From Felis catus (Eukaryota): 64,000 nucleotides of DNA. The position numbers and the translations under genes are program-made. How positions within the stretch are numbered: position 1 is the first letter of the stretch; every line of letters begins with the position of its first letter. Under the pieces are notes generated by a model that was given only the letters and a program-made list of their open reading frames with translations, was not told the DNA's origin and made no database searches. Location: positions 57,166,001 through 57,230,000 of the forward strand of contig NC_058368.1 of the NCBI RefSeq assembly GCF_018350175.1, written 5' to 3'. Below are positions 12,285 through 24,985 of the stretch, piece after piece.

Positions 12285-12464
12285 TATTTACTTTCTATCT
12301 ACTTTTTATGTACCAACAACATACAGATCACTTTAAAATCTGCACATCTTTCATTTAATTGGCAATAAATAAAACTCAGTAATATTGATATTGTTAGCTT
12401 GATGCTTAAGGAGAAGAAATTAAGGCTCAAAGAACTTTAAAAATTTAATTATGATTTTTTAAGT

Positions 12465-12495
<31 letters not shown>

Positions 12496-12760
12496 TTTTG
12501 AGAGAGAGTGAGAGACAATATGAGCATGGAGGGGTAGAGAGAGAGAGAGAGAGAGAGAGAATCCCAAGTGGGCTCTACATTGTCAGCACAGAGCCTGATA
12601 CAGGGCTCAACCCACAAACTGTGAAATCATGACCCAAGCCAAAACCAAGACTCAGATACTTAACCAACTGAGCCACCCAGGCACCCCTGAAATGTATTCA
12701 TGAACATCAATGGTTCAATCCAACTGAGTCACTCCAAAGCTTACATATTCTGTTTGTTTC
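12285..12760 (-). mobile_element. MIR split by a Can-SINE
   Basis: GAGAAGAAATTAAGGCTCAAAGAA core, resuming with GAGTCACTCCAAAGCTT after the SINE. Confidence 0.5.
12455..12687 (-). mobile_element. Can-SINE
   Basis: (TTTA)n tail, (GA)n tract, CTGAGCCACCCAGGCACCCC head. Confidence 0.93.
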
Positions 12761-13624
12761 TTTAATTATACTTTAAAGTTAAGTAGGCCTGGAAATGTTC
12801 ACAAAAGACTTGACAGAGAAGATAACGTGTGAGATGATGTGTGATCGAGGCCTTGAGGATAACTAGGATTTCCCCAGATGAGGAAGGTATTGAAGGACAT
12901 TCCAGACCAAGGGAACAGCTTAATCAAAGAAAGGAAATGATGTACTTGTGGATCAGTGAACTCTGCGTAGTTCTAGATGTGGTCTGAAGTGAATTTGTGA
13001 AGAGTTGTGTAAGGACTTGGCAGGGCATGCTAGTGGTGGTTAAAATTGTTTTGTTATAAGAATGAAATTGGGAGGACTTTTTAAAATAACTTAAGAATGA
13101 ATAAAGTATATATTTAGAGAAAGTCAAGAAGCAATATCATTTGTTAAGTAACTATTAAAATATACTGCAATTCAAGCAGAAACAGAAAACATGGAGTGAT
13201 ACAGAAACCTTAAAATATGTTTCACCACAGATAGTTTGTGAAGCACTTCTCTGGAGGATTTAGTCTCTGGGTGTGGGTTGAAGGAAAGATTGAAGACATT
13301 GAGGTTCCTACTTGTGGGGTTACATGAATCTTGTCATCATTATCACAATATGAATTGAAGTTGTGAAGGGGAGATACATGTATTAGATCAGTTTGAGCCA
13401 TGCTCTGTGATTACCATGCAGCACACATAAGGTAAAAGGAAAAGTGGAGAAGAAGAGACCCTTGGAGAACATGAATGTTTAAGGTGTTAGTAAAGGAAGA
13501 GATACTATCAAAAGACACTAGGAAAAAGCAGGAAGAAACTAGGAGAAATTACCTAGAAGCGAAGGATAGTTTTCCTCTGTTGCTCACAGCTGAAATATTT
13601 GTGTTCTCCAGGGTCTACTCTTCT

Positions 13625-13992
13625 TCCACTTAATGAGTATAAAGTTCCAGTTATGACTGATGAATAATTCCAAAAGCTGAAGTACAATATTTTGCTTATG
13701 GTTAACAGCATGGTATTGTGCACCTCAAAATTTGTTAAGTGGGTAGATCTTATCCTATGTAGTCTTATGACCAAAAAAAGAAAAACAAAACAAAACAAAA
13801 CAAAACACAAGCCAAACAGGGACACAGGAAACTTTGAGAGGTGTTGGTCATGTCTGATTATTTTATAATTGTGCTGTGCTTGTGCTGATGGCATTACAGG
13901 TGTTTGCATTCGTTCAAACTCATCAAATTGTACACATTAAATATGTTCAGTTTTTTGTATGTCAATTACCCTTCAATAAAACTGTTAAAAAA
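13625..13992 (+). mobile_element. L1 3' UTR (L1MA10/L1MB-like)
   Basis: TATAAAGTTCCAGTTATG...GGGTAGATCTTA...TCAAATTGTACACATTAAATATG...CAATAAAACTGTTAAAAA. Confidence 0.85.
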
Positions 13993-14929
13993 TATTTTCC
14001 AATAGAGACGGTCAACAGTATTACATACTCTAAAAGGCAAAAGAATGAGACTCAAAGCAGGCCATTGGATTTAGCAAAATGTAGCAAAGGTTTCTATAAG
14101 AACATGGAAGAATGATAAATTTAGCTAATGTGTTTAAGAAACGGAGTAAAAGCTGAACCTTCATGTTATGATAAAGGACAAATCAGATTTGTGGAAATAA
14201 AGGCAGATAAAGTAGACTACCATATCAAAAATTTTCCATAGCCAAAGGAAAGAGCAAATAGAACAGTGGGTCTCTTCCCTCTAAGAAAGAGCAATAAATT
14301 AGAAAAATTTCACTTTTTGTTTATTTTGCTTTCTGCTGGGAAAAATTAACGCAATTTTGGCCTCTTTAAAGAGGAAACCAAAAATGAATGGGAAAAAGGG
14401 AAAAAATAGGAGGAGGAATGTAAGGGGTGGGGATCTACACTGGTGTTGTATGAGAGAAATTGAGCTAGGAATTGAACTCTCTGAGAAGGCATTAAGAGAT
14501 GGTATTCATAATTCAAGTGAAGGGACTATTCTGAAATAAGGTAAAGGAAGCAAATTTCTTACTTTAATCCCAGAAGGAAGAATATAAATATTGTATTGAT
14601 TCTAAAGTCAGAGAGGAAAGTGAGTTGAAAAAACACTGACTGATGATCTATATTTTTTGATTGTTTGAAAGATGGTCATCTGCAGATATGAAGTGAGCCA
14701 GAGGTAGAGTAGGAGTCCAAGGACAATGTAAATAAAGCAGTCATTATAAAGAATGAGAGAGGGAGAGGACCAGGGACAAAGTTAGAAACTATTAGTTCCT
14801 CAGGTATTCACCCTTAGACACAAGCCAAATAGTTTTATTTTGCTAGCTCAGGGATAGTTACCTTGATCCTGAAATACTAAGTTAAGCATTAACCAGACTA
14901 GCACATCTGCTTACACACTCCCCTTTACT

Positions 14930-15330
14930 GAGCAGCCACATAGGCTCCTTGCTTTTCCAAGCCAAGCCCCCTGTTTAGTGCATTACCTAAAATCCTCCTC
15001 GTGCACAACTGGCCATATTGCTTCCTTCTCTTCACCTTTCAGGTTTGTACTCAAAGGTCACTTCACCACATTCTGGCTGATATAGCCCCACCCTTGAATA
15101 CACTCACACCTCACCTATATTATGGTATATCTTCTTATCCAATTTTATTACCTTTGTGTAGCACCCTGAAATAAGGTTATATTAAACCAAATTTATTATT
15201 ATTTGTTTAATCGGCTTTAAGGTTAATTCCATGAAGGTGAGGAGTTTGAACATTATTTTCACTCAGATAACTGCAGTCCCTAAAATAATGCCTCATGAAT
15301 ATGGTTCAACAACAAAAACAAACAAACAAA
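14930..15330 (+). mobile_element. L2a 3' end
   Basis: CTTTCAGGTTTGTACTCAAAGGTCAC...TTCCATGAAGGTGAGGAG...CCTAAAATAATGCCT. Confidence 0.6.
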
Positions 15331-15960
15331 AGAACAAAAAACATTGTTAACGGTAAGTGAATGAATTGAGGAAAGAGCAGTTTCCTGAGAAAGAACCTCT
15401 GATCCAACTGTAGGATGAGCTCAATCCCAAAAGGGTCCTGAAACAAGGAGGAAGGGGGAGAAGAGGAGACAGAGGAAGAGGAACGGTTACACATCGCTGC
15501 TTCGGACACATCTTTTGGTAGGATTCTATACATATACTGAGAAGGATCATCCCAAATACCAGTCCCCAAAAGTTTTAGGAAGGAGACAAGAAGGTTAAAA
15601 AGTGGGTATAGGAGTGATAGATCAATTTGCACTTTATAAACTTCAATATTCCTTTTTGTAAATTATGGAGGGAAGTTTACTAGGAAAAAAAAGTTACGTG
15701 ATGTTTAAATGAAGTCGTCTGTAAATAATGCACTTCGAACATTTTACTTTTTTTACTTCTTCTCTTCCAAAAGAATCAAAATGAATTAATTACATGCCAT
15801 TTAAACTTCACTATATTTCACCATCAACTCTGCAGGAAGTACTAGAGAAGTTCCAAATATCTTCATCAAATAAAGTGTTATCTGTTCATTAGCACTCATT
15901 AAATAATATTTAAGGAATAGATATTAGTAAGTAATTTATTATTGAAAGTAAGTGATTTAT

Positions 15961-16178
15961 GGGGCGCTTGGATGGCTCAGTCAGTTAAGTGTCCAATTTT
16001 GGCTCAGGTCATGATCTCGCAGTCCTGGGTTAGAGTCCTGCGTGGGGCTCTGTGCTGATAGCTCAGAGCCTGGAGCCTGCTTCAGATTCTGTGTCTCCCT
16101 GTCTCTCTCTCTGCCCCTCCCTCACTCGCATTCTGTCTCTCTCTCTCTCAAAAATAAATTTAAAAAAATTAAAAAAAA
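15961..16178 (+). mobile_element. Can-SINE
   Basis: GGGGCGCTTGGATGGCTCAG head, CT tract, A tail; degenerate TSD AAGT(G/T)ATTTAT. Confidence 0.94.
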
Positions 16179-17239
16179 GAAAGTTATTTATGATGAAAAT
16201 AAAGTTAGACTTGGTAGGCTAAAAGAATATATAAAATCTTCCTAATTTGCCATGATAATAGGACAGTCAGATTTACTTTGTTATCCCTTTTACTGTCCCC
16301 ATAAAGCAAATATTCTACATTAAAAAAAGAAAATGAATTATATCTTTTTTCCCCTTTAACAAACTTACGCTTTTTGTATGGAAAGGCAGAAATATAGCAT
16401 ATAAATTCCGGTAAGTTCCTGACATTTGGAAATAGCATGCAATTGTGCAATTTTTCCTAATGTGATGACTGGAATACTTTGGCCAAACTAAGATCACATT
16501 GACCTTGGCAGTATTACAGAAGAAAATAGTCTTTGAAAAAAGACTGCAATGCATTTTTTATAAAACAGGTAAGTGTTTGGTTCAGTATCAGTTTTGCATA
16601 TACTGCATATTTCATATCATTCTCTATGTTTGAAAAAGAAAGTAAAATCTTTTCCTTTTCTTCTTATATTTTAAACTCAGCTGGAACCTACTAACAGCAC
16701 AATATAAAGTATCCTGTATTTTCTATTTTCATTGCACCACAAGTTTTCATTTCATTTTGGTATATTTTCTATAAATATCACTGTTTTCACTAAAACAAAA
16801 TTCTTTTTTATAAGCATGTTATACAATGAAAAAAAATATATATACATATATATATAATGTATACTTTTATACTTTTTGTACATACTTGTACAAGTATAAA
16901 AATGTAAATAGATTACATTACTAATAGACAGTGTTGACCCAGGACAATAGACACAGCAATTAATCTACAAGTTTCCTGGTCCAAATCAATAATCGTTGCT
17001 ACTACCTAGTTGATATATACATGAAAAAGGAGGAAGGTAGATTAAACAAATAAATATATAATTTAATTAGTACATGAATTTGATTTAAAAAAAACTTTAA
17101 AAACCAATTTAAATTACAAAATATATATGCACATATTCCTTCTAAAGAAGATATTCTGAACATTGCCAATAATGTTGGCATTTGACCTAAAGTTGTGGAA
17201 CTAGTTATATCTAAGAGTTCTTCCTGCATTTTCAACATA

Positions 17240-17560
17240 ACTTAAAAAATATATAATGTTTTCCAAAGACTTCTGCATACCTCATTTCATTTGATCCTTG
17301 CAAGGACACATACTTTGGGGCATATATTTAGATGGTAAAAAAGAAAGTGCTCTAGATAGCACATGTTCAAATATGCAAAGCAAGTAGAATTAGGATCTAG
17401 GACAGCTGACTATTGAATTCATTATTTCATTTGTATGATCATTCATGTATTGAACACTTACACATGAATATCTAGTATGTGCCAGATACATTTACTATGT
17501 AGAAAATGACAAATTCTACATATAATTCTTGCTCTTACACAAATTAACATACTTCCTTTT
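17240..17560 (-). mobile_element. MIR fragment followed by an L2 3' end
   Basis: CTCATTTCATTTGATCCTTGCAA (MIR); ATTCATGTATTG...TAGTATGTGCCAGATAC (L2). Confidence 0.5.
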
Positions 17561-18169
17561 TTAAATTCAGATTTTGTATGTTATAAAGAAAAAGAGGGAG
17601 CTGAGTATTTATCCAGCACAGTCTAGGTCAACAAAGGCCACACTGATGAAATGAGTTTTTATTCTATGTGTGATGTATTGGATTTCCAACAGCTTTCCCA
17701 ATTTCAGGTATTGTGTTTCATTTCATGCCAAGATTTTCAAGCCATCATTCCTACATTTGGCTTCAGAAAATGATGAGGTTCTTGTTAGCTTCCTATAAAA
17801 AGATCTCTGGAGGAATATCTCAGGACATATACTCTCATTTGCATATAGCCCCCCTGTCTTTGATTAAATAACCTCTCCTAACGAAAAGACTATTTGAAAT
17901 ATGAAGATTTCAAAATAGTCTTAAATTCCAAGTAATCTGTCAAAATTTTAGTGTGATAAAGGTATTTCCGGCTGAGAACACTGCAAGCTGTTTCACTGTT
18001 GCTAAAAACTAAGATGTATATGAGAAGAAATTGGAAGTTTAGAATAAGACAGTGGGGATGGGTCCAAACTATATGTATTTTCATAATAGGTACAAGTTCA
18101 AAATATACTGGAGAGTCCTCTGATTTTTCTATCCATGTGAACTAAACAAGGTTGATCTAATCAAGTAAA

Positions 18170-18370
18170 AATATGTACTAGATGGACAAGACATCAAGGC
18201 AAGTTTGGGTTCTAATACTGGTTCTACCATTTAATAAGTGAATAATATCACTGAGGCTCAGCTTCCTTATCTATGGAATGACAATAATAGTTCGTAAGGT
18301 TAAGAAAAGTTCATGGCATAATATATGTGACTGTATTTTATATAAAATTGTATAGAAACTGTTAACAGAT
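18170..18370 (+). mobile_element. MIR
   Basis: TGGGTTCTAATACTGGTTCTACCA...CTGAGGCTCAGCTTCCTTATCTATGGAATG. Confidence 0.7.
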
Positions 18371-19339
18371 ATATTATTGAAAATAGTGTGGATACAGGTT
18401 ATAATTCACTTTTGTTGAAGATCTGAAATTAAACCTGCAAAGGTCTCAAATTTTTAAACTTCTCCGATGTATTTTTTTTCCATCAGTGGAACTTTAAAAA
18501 TAGTTTAGTCCTCATTCAATTACTAGACATATTTCCATCAATTTGACAATTGCATCCTACGAACATCTCATTTAAAGGGTTACAAGCTGTTATTCAATTT
18601 TTTCTAATCTCTTATATGTTTATCTCATATGTTGCCAAGTCATATTATATTCCACAATTCTTAAAAAAATATCTCAATTCACATGTTATTTCTCAAATTA
18701 CATGGGTCACATTATCCTAATGTGCCACTCTATAAGAATTGTAACTGAACTATTTGGTATGGAAATCACATTTGTGGCAACCATGTAAATCCACTTTAAA
18801 ACTATCAGAACTGCAGACAGGTGCATTGGCAGAGTGATTCCCCACTTCCAATGTGTAAGATACATTTCCTTAGCAGTCTTCTTTTGCTAATGAGCCATAC
18901 TGATGATGACTGATTCCAGAGGAATGAGATTACAAACATCAAATGTATTAATGTGATATGTTAGCTTCTGAAAATGACTGATTAAATAAAAAGAGGAAAA
19001 ATAAAATATATTATATTGGTCTCTAACTTGTTACATCCTATGTCCTATCTCAAAAACCAGGCAAAATGTACTAATACTTACATGGAAAATAAAAAGTACT
19101 TCTATATATTTGATTGAATGCAGAGAAGGTATAAAGTGAGCTGCATGTGGAACCCAATTAGGATGACACTGTTGAAATAGAAGATGGGGATTTTTCATAC
19201 TCTTGCTTATTTCCCCCAATGCGTTTTAGGTGTAGATGTGTTTTAGGTGCAGATCAACGAATTTTAAGCGATTTCAGTAGTATACCTTACTCACTTCTTT
19301 TAGGTGATGATTCTATGGACTAGTAGATTTTATTGTCTA

Positions 19340-19495
19340 GAAAGTCACATTGGAACATACTCAATTTGTTCTCCCTGTAATTTGAAGTACTTGTTTCTAG
19401 TTTGTTGGTCAGACCTCTGTTATGCATCTGGGCAGGGACTGTGTCTTATGCCTGGATTTCGGGAGTGCTCAGCAAACTATCATTTGTTATTATTC
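19340..19495 (+). mobile_element. L2 3' end fragment
   Basis: GGGCAGGGACTGTGTCTT...GTGCTCAGCAAA. Confidence 0.5.
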
Positions 19496-20438
19496 CTTTA
19501 AGTTAAAGGAGATATACTTGATATTATATGATAAAATTTTTAAAAATCAAAAACTTACTGCAAACAAATAAAAAGGCTTCTCCGGGTTCCAACAGCAACC
19601 ACTTTTGTAGGATCTGGTGCTATACCTTTTCCAATTACATAAAAAAGAAAAACCTATCTCCACTTCATTTCAGATTCCTGAGTCTGCCCTAGGAATTTTT
19701 AGGCATCGTAAAAACTCTGCTGAATCACTTAACATTCTGCTTCAGTTTCTCTGTAAAGCACTTTACTTTGTTTACTCTGCAGTCTTTGGATGCTTCAGCA
19801 GCTTTGATGCCCTTTTGTCACTATCCTTCCCCAAGCTGGGCCCTGCCCAGGGCAGAGCCATTGCAGTAAGTATCATTTCTATGCAGATGAAATAGTTGCA
19901 TTCCAGGCTCCTTTGTTCACGACTCCACTTTGTCAATGAGTGTCAAATTGCTTCTAGAAACTGATGATAAACCCTTTAAGAAACTCCATTGAATAGATCT
20001 ATCTTGAACACCTATATTGAGACTATGTTTCATAACCATACATTTTCTTGTATGCTAACACTTCTCTGAAAAACATGAATCTGACTCTGTACCTGACTGA
20101 GGACACAATTATGAAATCAAATGTCTCTATAGTTGAATTGCAAACTAAATGTGAAGTTTCTACTTCACTTTGACAGTCTTGACGGGGCTGCTCACATTTT
20201 TGATATAAAGAAATGTTAGACCATTTTCTTTTCAGAAACTAGGGTCTGAAAAGCTCATATTCTATTTCTTGGAAATAAAATGACAGGGTTCTGTTTTCTC
20301 TTCCTGTGAAAAGGCATTGTTGATGGCGACTCAGCTAAAAACTGGGTCTAGGACATGTTGTGTTTTCTGAGGCACTTTGTTCTGAATAAGAAAACATACT
20401 GGACAGTCTAGCCTAGTATGCCCATTTTGAGTTGGTCC

Positions 20439-20922
20439 TGAGGGAAGCAAACTATGTGACCCCAAAATACGCCACTTTGGCATGTGGATCATTTTCAGCC
20501 CAAGGCAATCAAGACACAGCAGAGTCAAGTAAAACTTTTACCTCTCCCTTAACTGTCTAAAAGAATTTAAATAGAGGGCCTGGCCCCAAAAAGAGCACTA
20601 TTACCAGAAGTAACTTTTTATCTGAAAGACCTGTCTGTATGGCAGGGCAAACATCTAATTACCAGACATCGGCTCTTCTTAAAGTCCTGTGAATTACCCT
20701 CCTCCCCTTTGAAGCTCCAGGCCCCTGTCTCATTTCTTAGCTCAGGATGACAGGAAGCCTCAACTGACTGACTTGTCCTTGGGTCTCATATTTTTTTAAA
20801 GGGCTCCCATACATATGTAACTATATTTGTTTTTCTCCTGTTAATCTCTCTTATGTCAGTTTAATTAATAGACCAGCCAAAAGAATCTATAAGGATAAAA
20901 GAAACATTTTTCCTCCCCTATA
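20439..20922 (+). mobile_element. 5' LTR (MER34-like)
   Basis: TGAGGG...CCCCAAAATACGCCACTTTGGCAT start; TTTTCTCCTGTTAATCT; ends TTTTCCTCCCCTATA. Confidence 0.9.
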
Positions 20923-20924
20923 GT

Positions 20925-20942
20925 TGGTGACTCAGATGAGAC
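20925..20942 (+). other. Primer-binding site, tRNA-Arg type
   Basis: TGGTGACTCAGATGAGAC matches 15/18 of TGGCGACCCAGATGGGAC (complement of the tRNA-Arg-CCG 3' end, recalled), 2 nt after the LTR. Confidence 0.8.
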
Positions 20943-21466
20943 AAACTTCTCTGGCTGGACCCTGCTTGCTCCAGGGCTGCAGTTGCTGAGAGATGCTGGG
21001 ATCTCTGGCAAGCACTGGCAGAAAGTAAGATTTTTTTTTTTTTTTTTAATTGTGTCAGTCTCTTGGATCACTACCTGCAGGGTCCGGTAGAAGCAAGAGT
21101 AGTGAGTCCTTTTTCCTTTTCTAAATTAAGGTTAACATGAGAAAATGTCTGTGGAACTAATTCCTTGGGTATAGTGACTGGTGAAGATTTGATATGAGTA
21201 TTCCTGATTTTTACTGATCTTTTTCTTCTCCAGAGTGATCACTGGTTTTCTTTGCCTCTTTCTGTTACGACGTTTGGCATAGAAGTAATACCGTAGGGTA
21301 GAATGTAGGCATAGGTGTCCTATAAGCCTGCTATTGAAGCCAGCCGCATGTGGTGAGTTCATGTTCCTCACCAGACCTGCATCTGTTTAGGCAAACTTTA
21401 CTGTGAGTTAATGTGCATGTGAGGTAAAGGCTGTTGCTAAGGAACATTTTAGAAGCCAAAGCTATA

Positions 21467-21675
21467 GGGGAGCCTGGGTGGCTCAGTCGGTTGGGCAACC
21501 GACTTCAGCTCAGGTGATGATCTCATGGTCTGTGGGTTCGAGCCCCACATCGGAGTCTGTGCTGACAGCTCAGAGCCCGGACCCTGCTTCAGATTCTGTG
21601 TCTCCCTCTTTCCCTTCTCCTCCTCCCCCTTGTGTCCTATCAAAAGTAAACATCAAAAAAGAATTAAAAAAAAAA
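21467..21675 (+). mobile_element. Can-SINE inside the ERV
   Basis: standard head, body and tail; degenerate TSD TAGAAGCCAAAGCT/TAGAAACTAAAGCT. Confidence 0.94.
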
Positions 21676-22601
21676 TAGAAACTAAAGCTGCAAAATTGGT
21701 GGGCCCAAGTTGAGCACTTACGAGCTGTTGGAGTGCTTGCCTCCTAACTCAAAGATTCCCATGTGAGGGTAAGTTGGTTATTGAATGGGTTAGACTGACA
21801 CTAGGTCATCTGCCAACCTCAAAAAAATTTCCATTTAACAAGGGACTCTGCAAAACACGGCACAATCCCACCTGGGCAGCACATCCCTCTTAGGTTTTAG
21901 TTTGGCTCCGATAGACCAAAGGCTTAGGTAAAGCTGTTGATGTGCTGTATAAAAAGAAGTTCTCCTTTCTTCTTGTTCTCTGCCTTCTGAGCTTGGCTTT
22001 GTAACCAGTCTCCACTGACTGAGAGAATTCATGTACAGGTGTGCAGCTGGTGAACACCCTGAATAGGCTCCAAAAGAAAGGGAGGTCTTGGGCAACATTC
22101 TCTTTGTCTAACTGTGGGACAGGAGTTTGTCATGAGATATCCAGGTCCATAAGGGACATTTGTTGTCTCATCTTTTATTATTCTGTTAGTGCTGGATAAG
22201 TCCCATTCCTGCAGTACTTGCCCAGTCACAGATTAATGGGTCTGTGATTGGTGGTGTCTCGTATCCATGGGAAAAAAACAGAGATACCACTTACACTAGA
22301 CCATTCTTACCTTCTGTGACAATGAAGTCACAGGACAACGCTTTTTGAGGCTAACTCTGGAAGTAAGCTTTCTGGATCTTGTGAGGGCTGCACCTTTTAC
22401 AGTCTCCTTTGGGGATGGTCTTGCATCCATGGTTAATTTGTAAATAGCTAATTGGCTTGAGTTGCTATTGAGATTAAAATAAGATCCTACTCATCAACGG
22501 CCAGATGAGGGATCTTTCGAATTAGACAAATGTCTATATTAATTTTTTTTTGTCTTAGAGAGCTCTTATTCCAAATAATTGTCTGTTGGTTCCTATGGAA
22601 A

Positions 22602-23170
22602 TGAGATAGGGAAAATGAAGGACTCCATAAAAATCTGCTGTTTGCTCCTTTTCCTGCTTCTATTCTTGTTAGCACCTGTAGGCGCCCAGCCCACTTTACA
22701 CATGCCTTATAATGCAAATAGCATAATGTCCTCCTTGTAAGGGACAAGGAGTTGATGATTTCTTTAAAATAGATAACGTCTAAGGAAGGACCAGGTGAGA
22801 ATGATGGCAAAGCTATCTCATATGAGGATTCCAGACCGCGGGAGCTAGACAACTCAACACCAAGAGACTCTGGCCTCAATATATAACACCTGGGTGACTG
22901 TCTTTGTTTTAACCTGTTCCTGGATGCCTGAGGGGACATGTACAATCTTCAATAAACCCCTCCAAGTCCCAAACAAAGACAAGTCTTATGCTCCTTTCTG
23001 AGTTTCCCAGATGCTCCTTCTGTATATGTTCTCTCTATGTCTTCAACATAAACTCTGCTGTTACTACCTGCTGGCTCCTGTTTGATTTCCATCCTACACA
23101 AAGCTAAGGACCCTCTTGTCTGGTCCTGCAGGAACCCCTCTGGGTCCCTGGACCTGGAAGGCAGGCATTA
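22602..23170 (+). mobile_element. Solo LTR of a different ERV1 family (carnivore CarLTR1-like, tentative) nested in the provirus
   Basis: TG start, U5-like end AAGGACCCTCTTGTCTGGTCCTGCAGGAACCCCTCTGGGTCC; perfect TSD GAAA at 22598-22601 and 23171-23174. Confidence 0.75.
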
Positions 23171-23637
23171 GAAAGGCCAAATTAAAAAGTGGATACAAAG
23201 AAGTATAACAAATAAGTATAATTATGAGTATAGCCTTAATATAAGTATAGATGGAAGGACATAAATGAGACCTAGAACAAAAATTAAGCTCCACATCCAA
23301 GGTATATTCCCCTTCTTAACATCTGGCCCTATCTCTTCAGCAAATTACCTTAGTTCCCCAAAACCCTCCACCTTCTCTAGAAAATCTCTTAAACATTCTC
23401 CTGCCTGTTTTAGTTTCCCTTTCTCTGCAATATTTACAGAGAGCACTCCAGGGTACACAGGTTCCTCAGGTAAGTACTAAAAACCAGGAAAATCATTTAA
23501 CAGAAGCACCCAGGATGGCTAATAAGGCTCAGACATAAGGCTTATTTTGCTGGGCTCTAAATCAAGCTCTGACAGCATCACATCTTCTTATACAATGTCT
23601 TTTTGCAGATATATCCTAGAACCCCACACAAAGAATT

Positions 23638-23960
23638 TTTGTCCCCTGGACAGAAACAGATCTTTTAAATGTTAAACTCCTTAACTTCCACTCTTCAGAA
23701 GGTCCTACCAAATTTGGAGAGAAATTACAAAGATCGGTGTCCATTTACAACTTCACTCACCGAGACCCGACACCGTGAGACCCGACACCGTGTTCTCAGG
23801 CAAACCAGATGACCTCTGGCAAGAGCAAACAAACAAAAACAACCTCACATAGAAAACAGATGACCAGAATTTCTCTAGGCCCTCCAACAAATGATCAGTT
23901 GAAGGCTGATGTTCATGGGAAGATAGAGGCTTTTCCCCCTAAAATAAATCCAAATTTCAA
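23638..23960 (+). pseudogene. gag: Decayed gamma-type gag capsid remnant
   Basis: frame from 23638 reads FVPWTETDLLNVKLLNFHSSEGPTKFGEKLQRSVSIYNFTHRD, like the class I ERV capsid start VPFSxSDL...SEDP...YxxTWxD; later IEAFPPKIN. Confidence 0.65.
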
Positions 23961-24640
23961 CCCAAAATTGAATTGCATACTCAGAAGAAGGCCTTTGCTA
24001 AAATGTTTCATACAGACTCTACAAAGACACATTCCATTATATCCTGAAAATGTTTGCTGCTTGTCCTGGCTGAAAATTGACAAGATATTTAAAAGAGTGT
24101 GGGTTTTTTTGTTTGTTTCTTTGTTTTTGTTTTTTGCTTTAATAGCTCTGTGGTTGGAGACTGGCCAGATTAGAAGTTGATATTCAGAGCCTGATAGGAT
24201 TTTTTTTTTATTTGGCCTCTTCCCCTAAGCTAAAATAAAACTATTACCCAGAAGGAAAGAAAAACCTTTTAAACTGCTTTTAAAAGGATTTATGGGTAGA
24301 CTAACCTATGATGTCATTTGAGTTACAACCCAATTATTTGAAGAATTGAGAGCAACTGTCCTTACCTTATAAATGTTTGCAAAACGAAAAATGTAACCCC
24401 AGAGACAATTCAAAGTTCACTTATTTCTTGTTACCAATCCTAAAACCTCTCCTATTTATCTCAAAAGGGTTATAAAACATTGGCTTTAATAAACCAAAGT
24501 CCTTTTTGGAGGACCCTGCATTCTTTCCCTGTGCCTTTGAAATGTAAATGTTAATTCTTGATTAGACCATCCCCCAATTTCTAAGATTGGATAAGAAAAA
24601 AAAATGGTGGGGAAGGAGTCTTTTAAAATGCAACTGTTAA

Positions 24641-24798
24641 GGGGTGCCTGGGTGGCTCAGTTGGTTAAGCCCCTGGTAGGGCTCTGTGCTGACAGCTCAG
24701 AGCCTGGAGCCTGCTTTGGATTCTGTGTCTCCCTTTCTCTCCACCCCTCCCCTGCTCATGTTCTGTCTCTCTCTCTCTCAAAAATAAACATTAAAAAA
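24641..24798 (+). mobile_element. Can-SINE with internal deletion
   Basis: head joins directly to CCC...GGGCTCTGTGCTGACAG; TSD AAAATGCAACTGTTAA. Confidence 0.92.
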
Positions 24799-24985
24799 AA
24801 AATGCAACTGTTAAGAGGTACCTTTGCTCAAACCCTAGACCACAGTCTATTTAATTTTACTTGTCAAGGACACATACAAATTTTAAAAGTCTTTTCGTAA
24901 ATATTACCAAAAAGTTTTTATTAAGCAGGTAACTTTAACTTGTTCTATCTGCCAGGGACACAAGTATTTGAAACTAGTAAGTGTT

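Larger units (their letters stand above)
12090..14800 (-). mobile_element. Fragmented L2, interrupted by a MIR, a SINE and an L1
   Basis: L2 tail ATTCATTTGTGCATTCATCAG, then purine-rich blocks (GACATTCCAGACCAAGGGAACAGC, GGCCATTGGATTTAGCAA). Confidence 0.55.

Noticed and set aside
16400..16575. Two consensus donors (CCG|GTAAGT near 16410, CAG|GTAAGT near 16568)
   Set aside because: No convincing paired acceptor with an open frame; isolated donors are common in introns
19221..19254. 17-bp imperfect tandem duplication (also the 11-bp GTGACTTTAGA x2 at 25779-25800)
   Set aside because: Ordinary slippage duplications with no further structure
22487..22945. 152-aa minus-strand ORF inside the ERV
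   Set aside because: Antisense across the nested LTR boundary with no retroviral motifs; chance open frame
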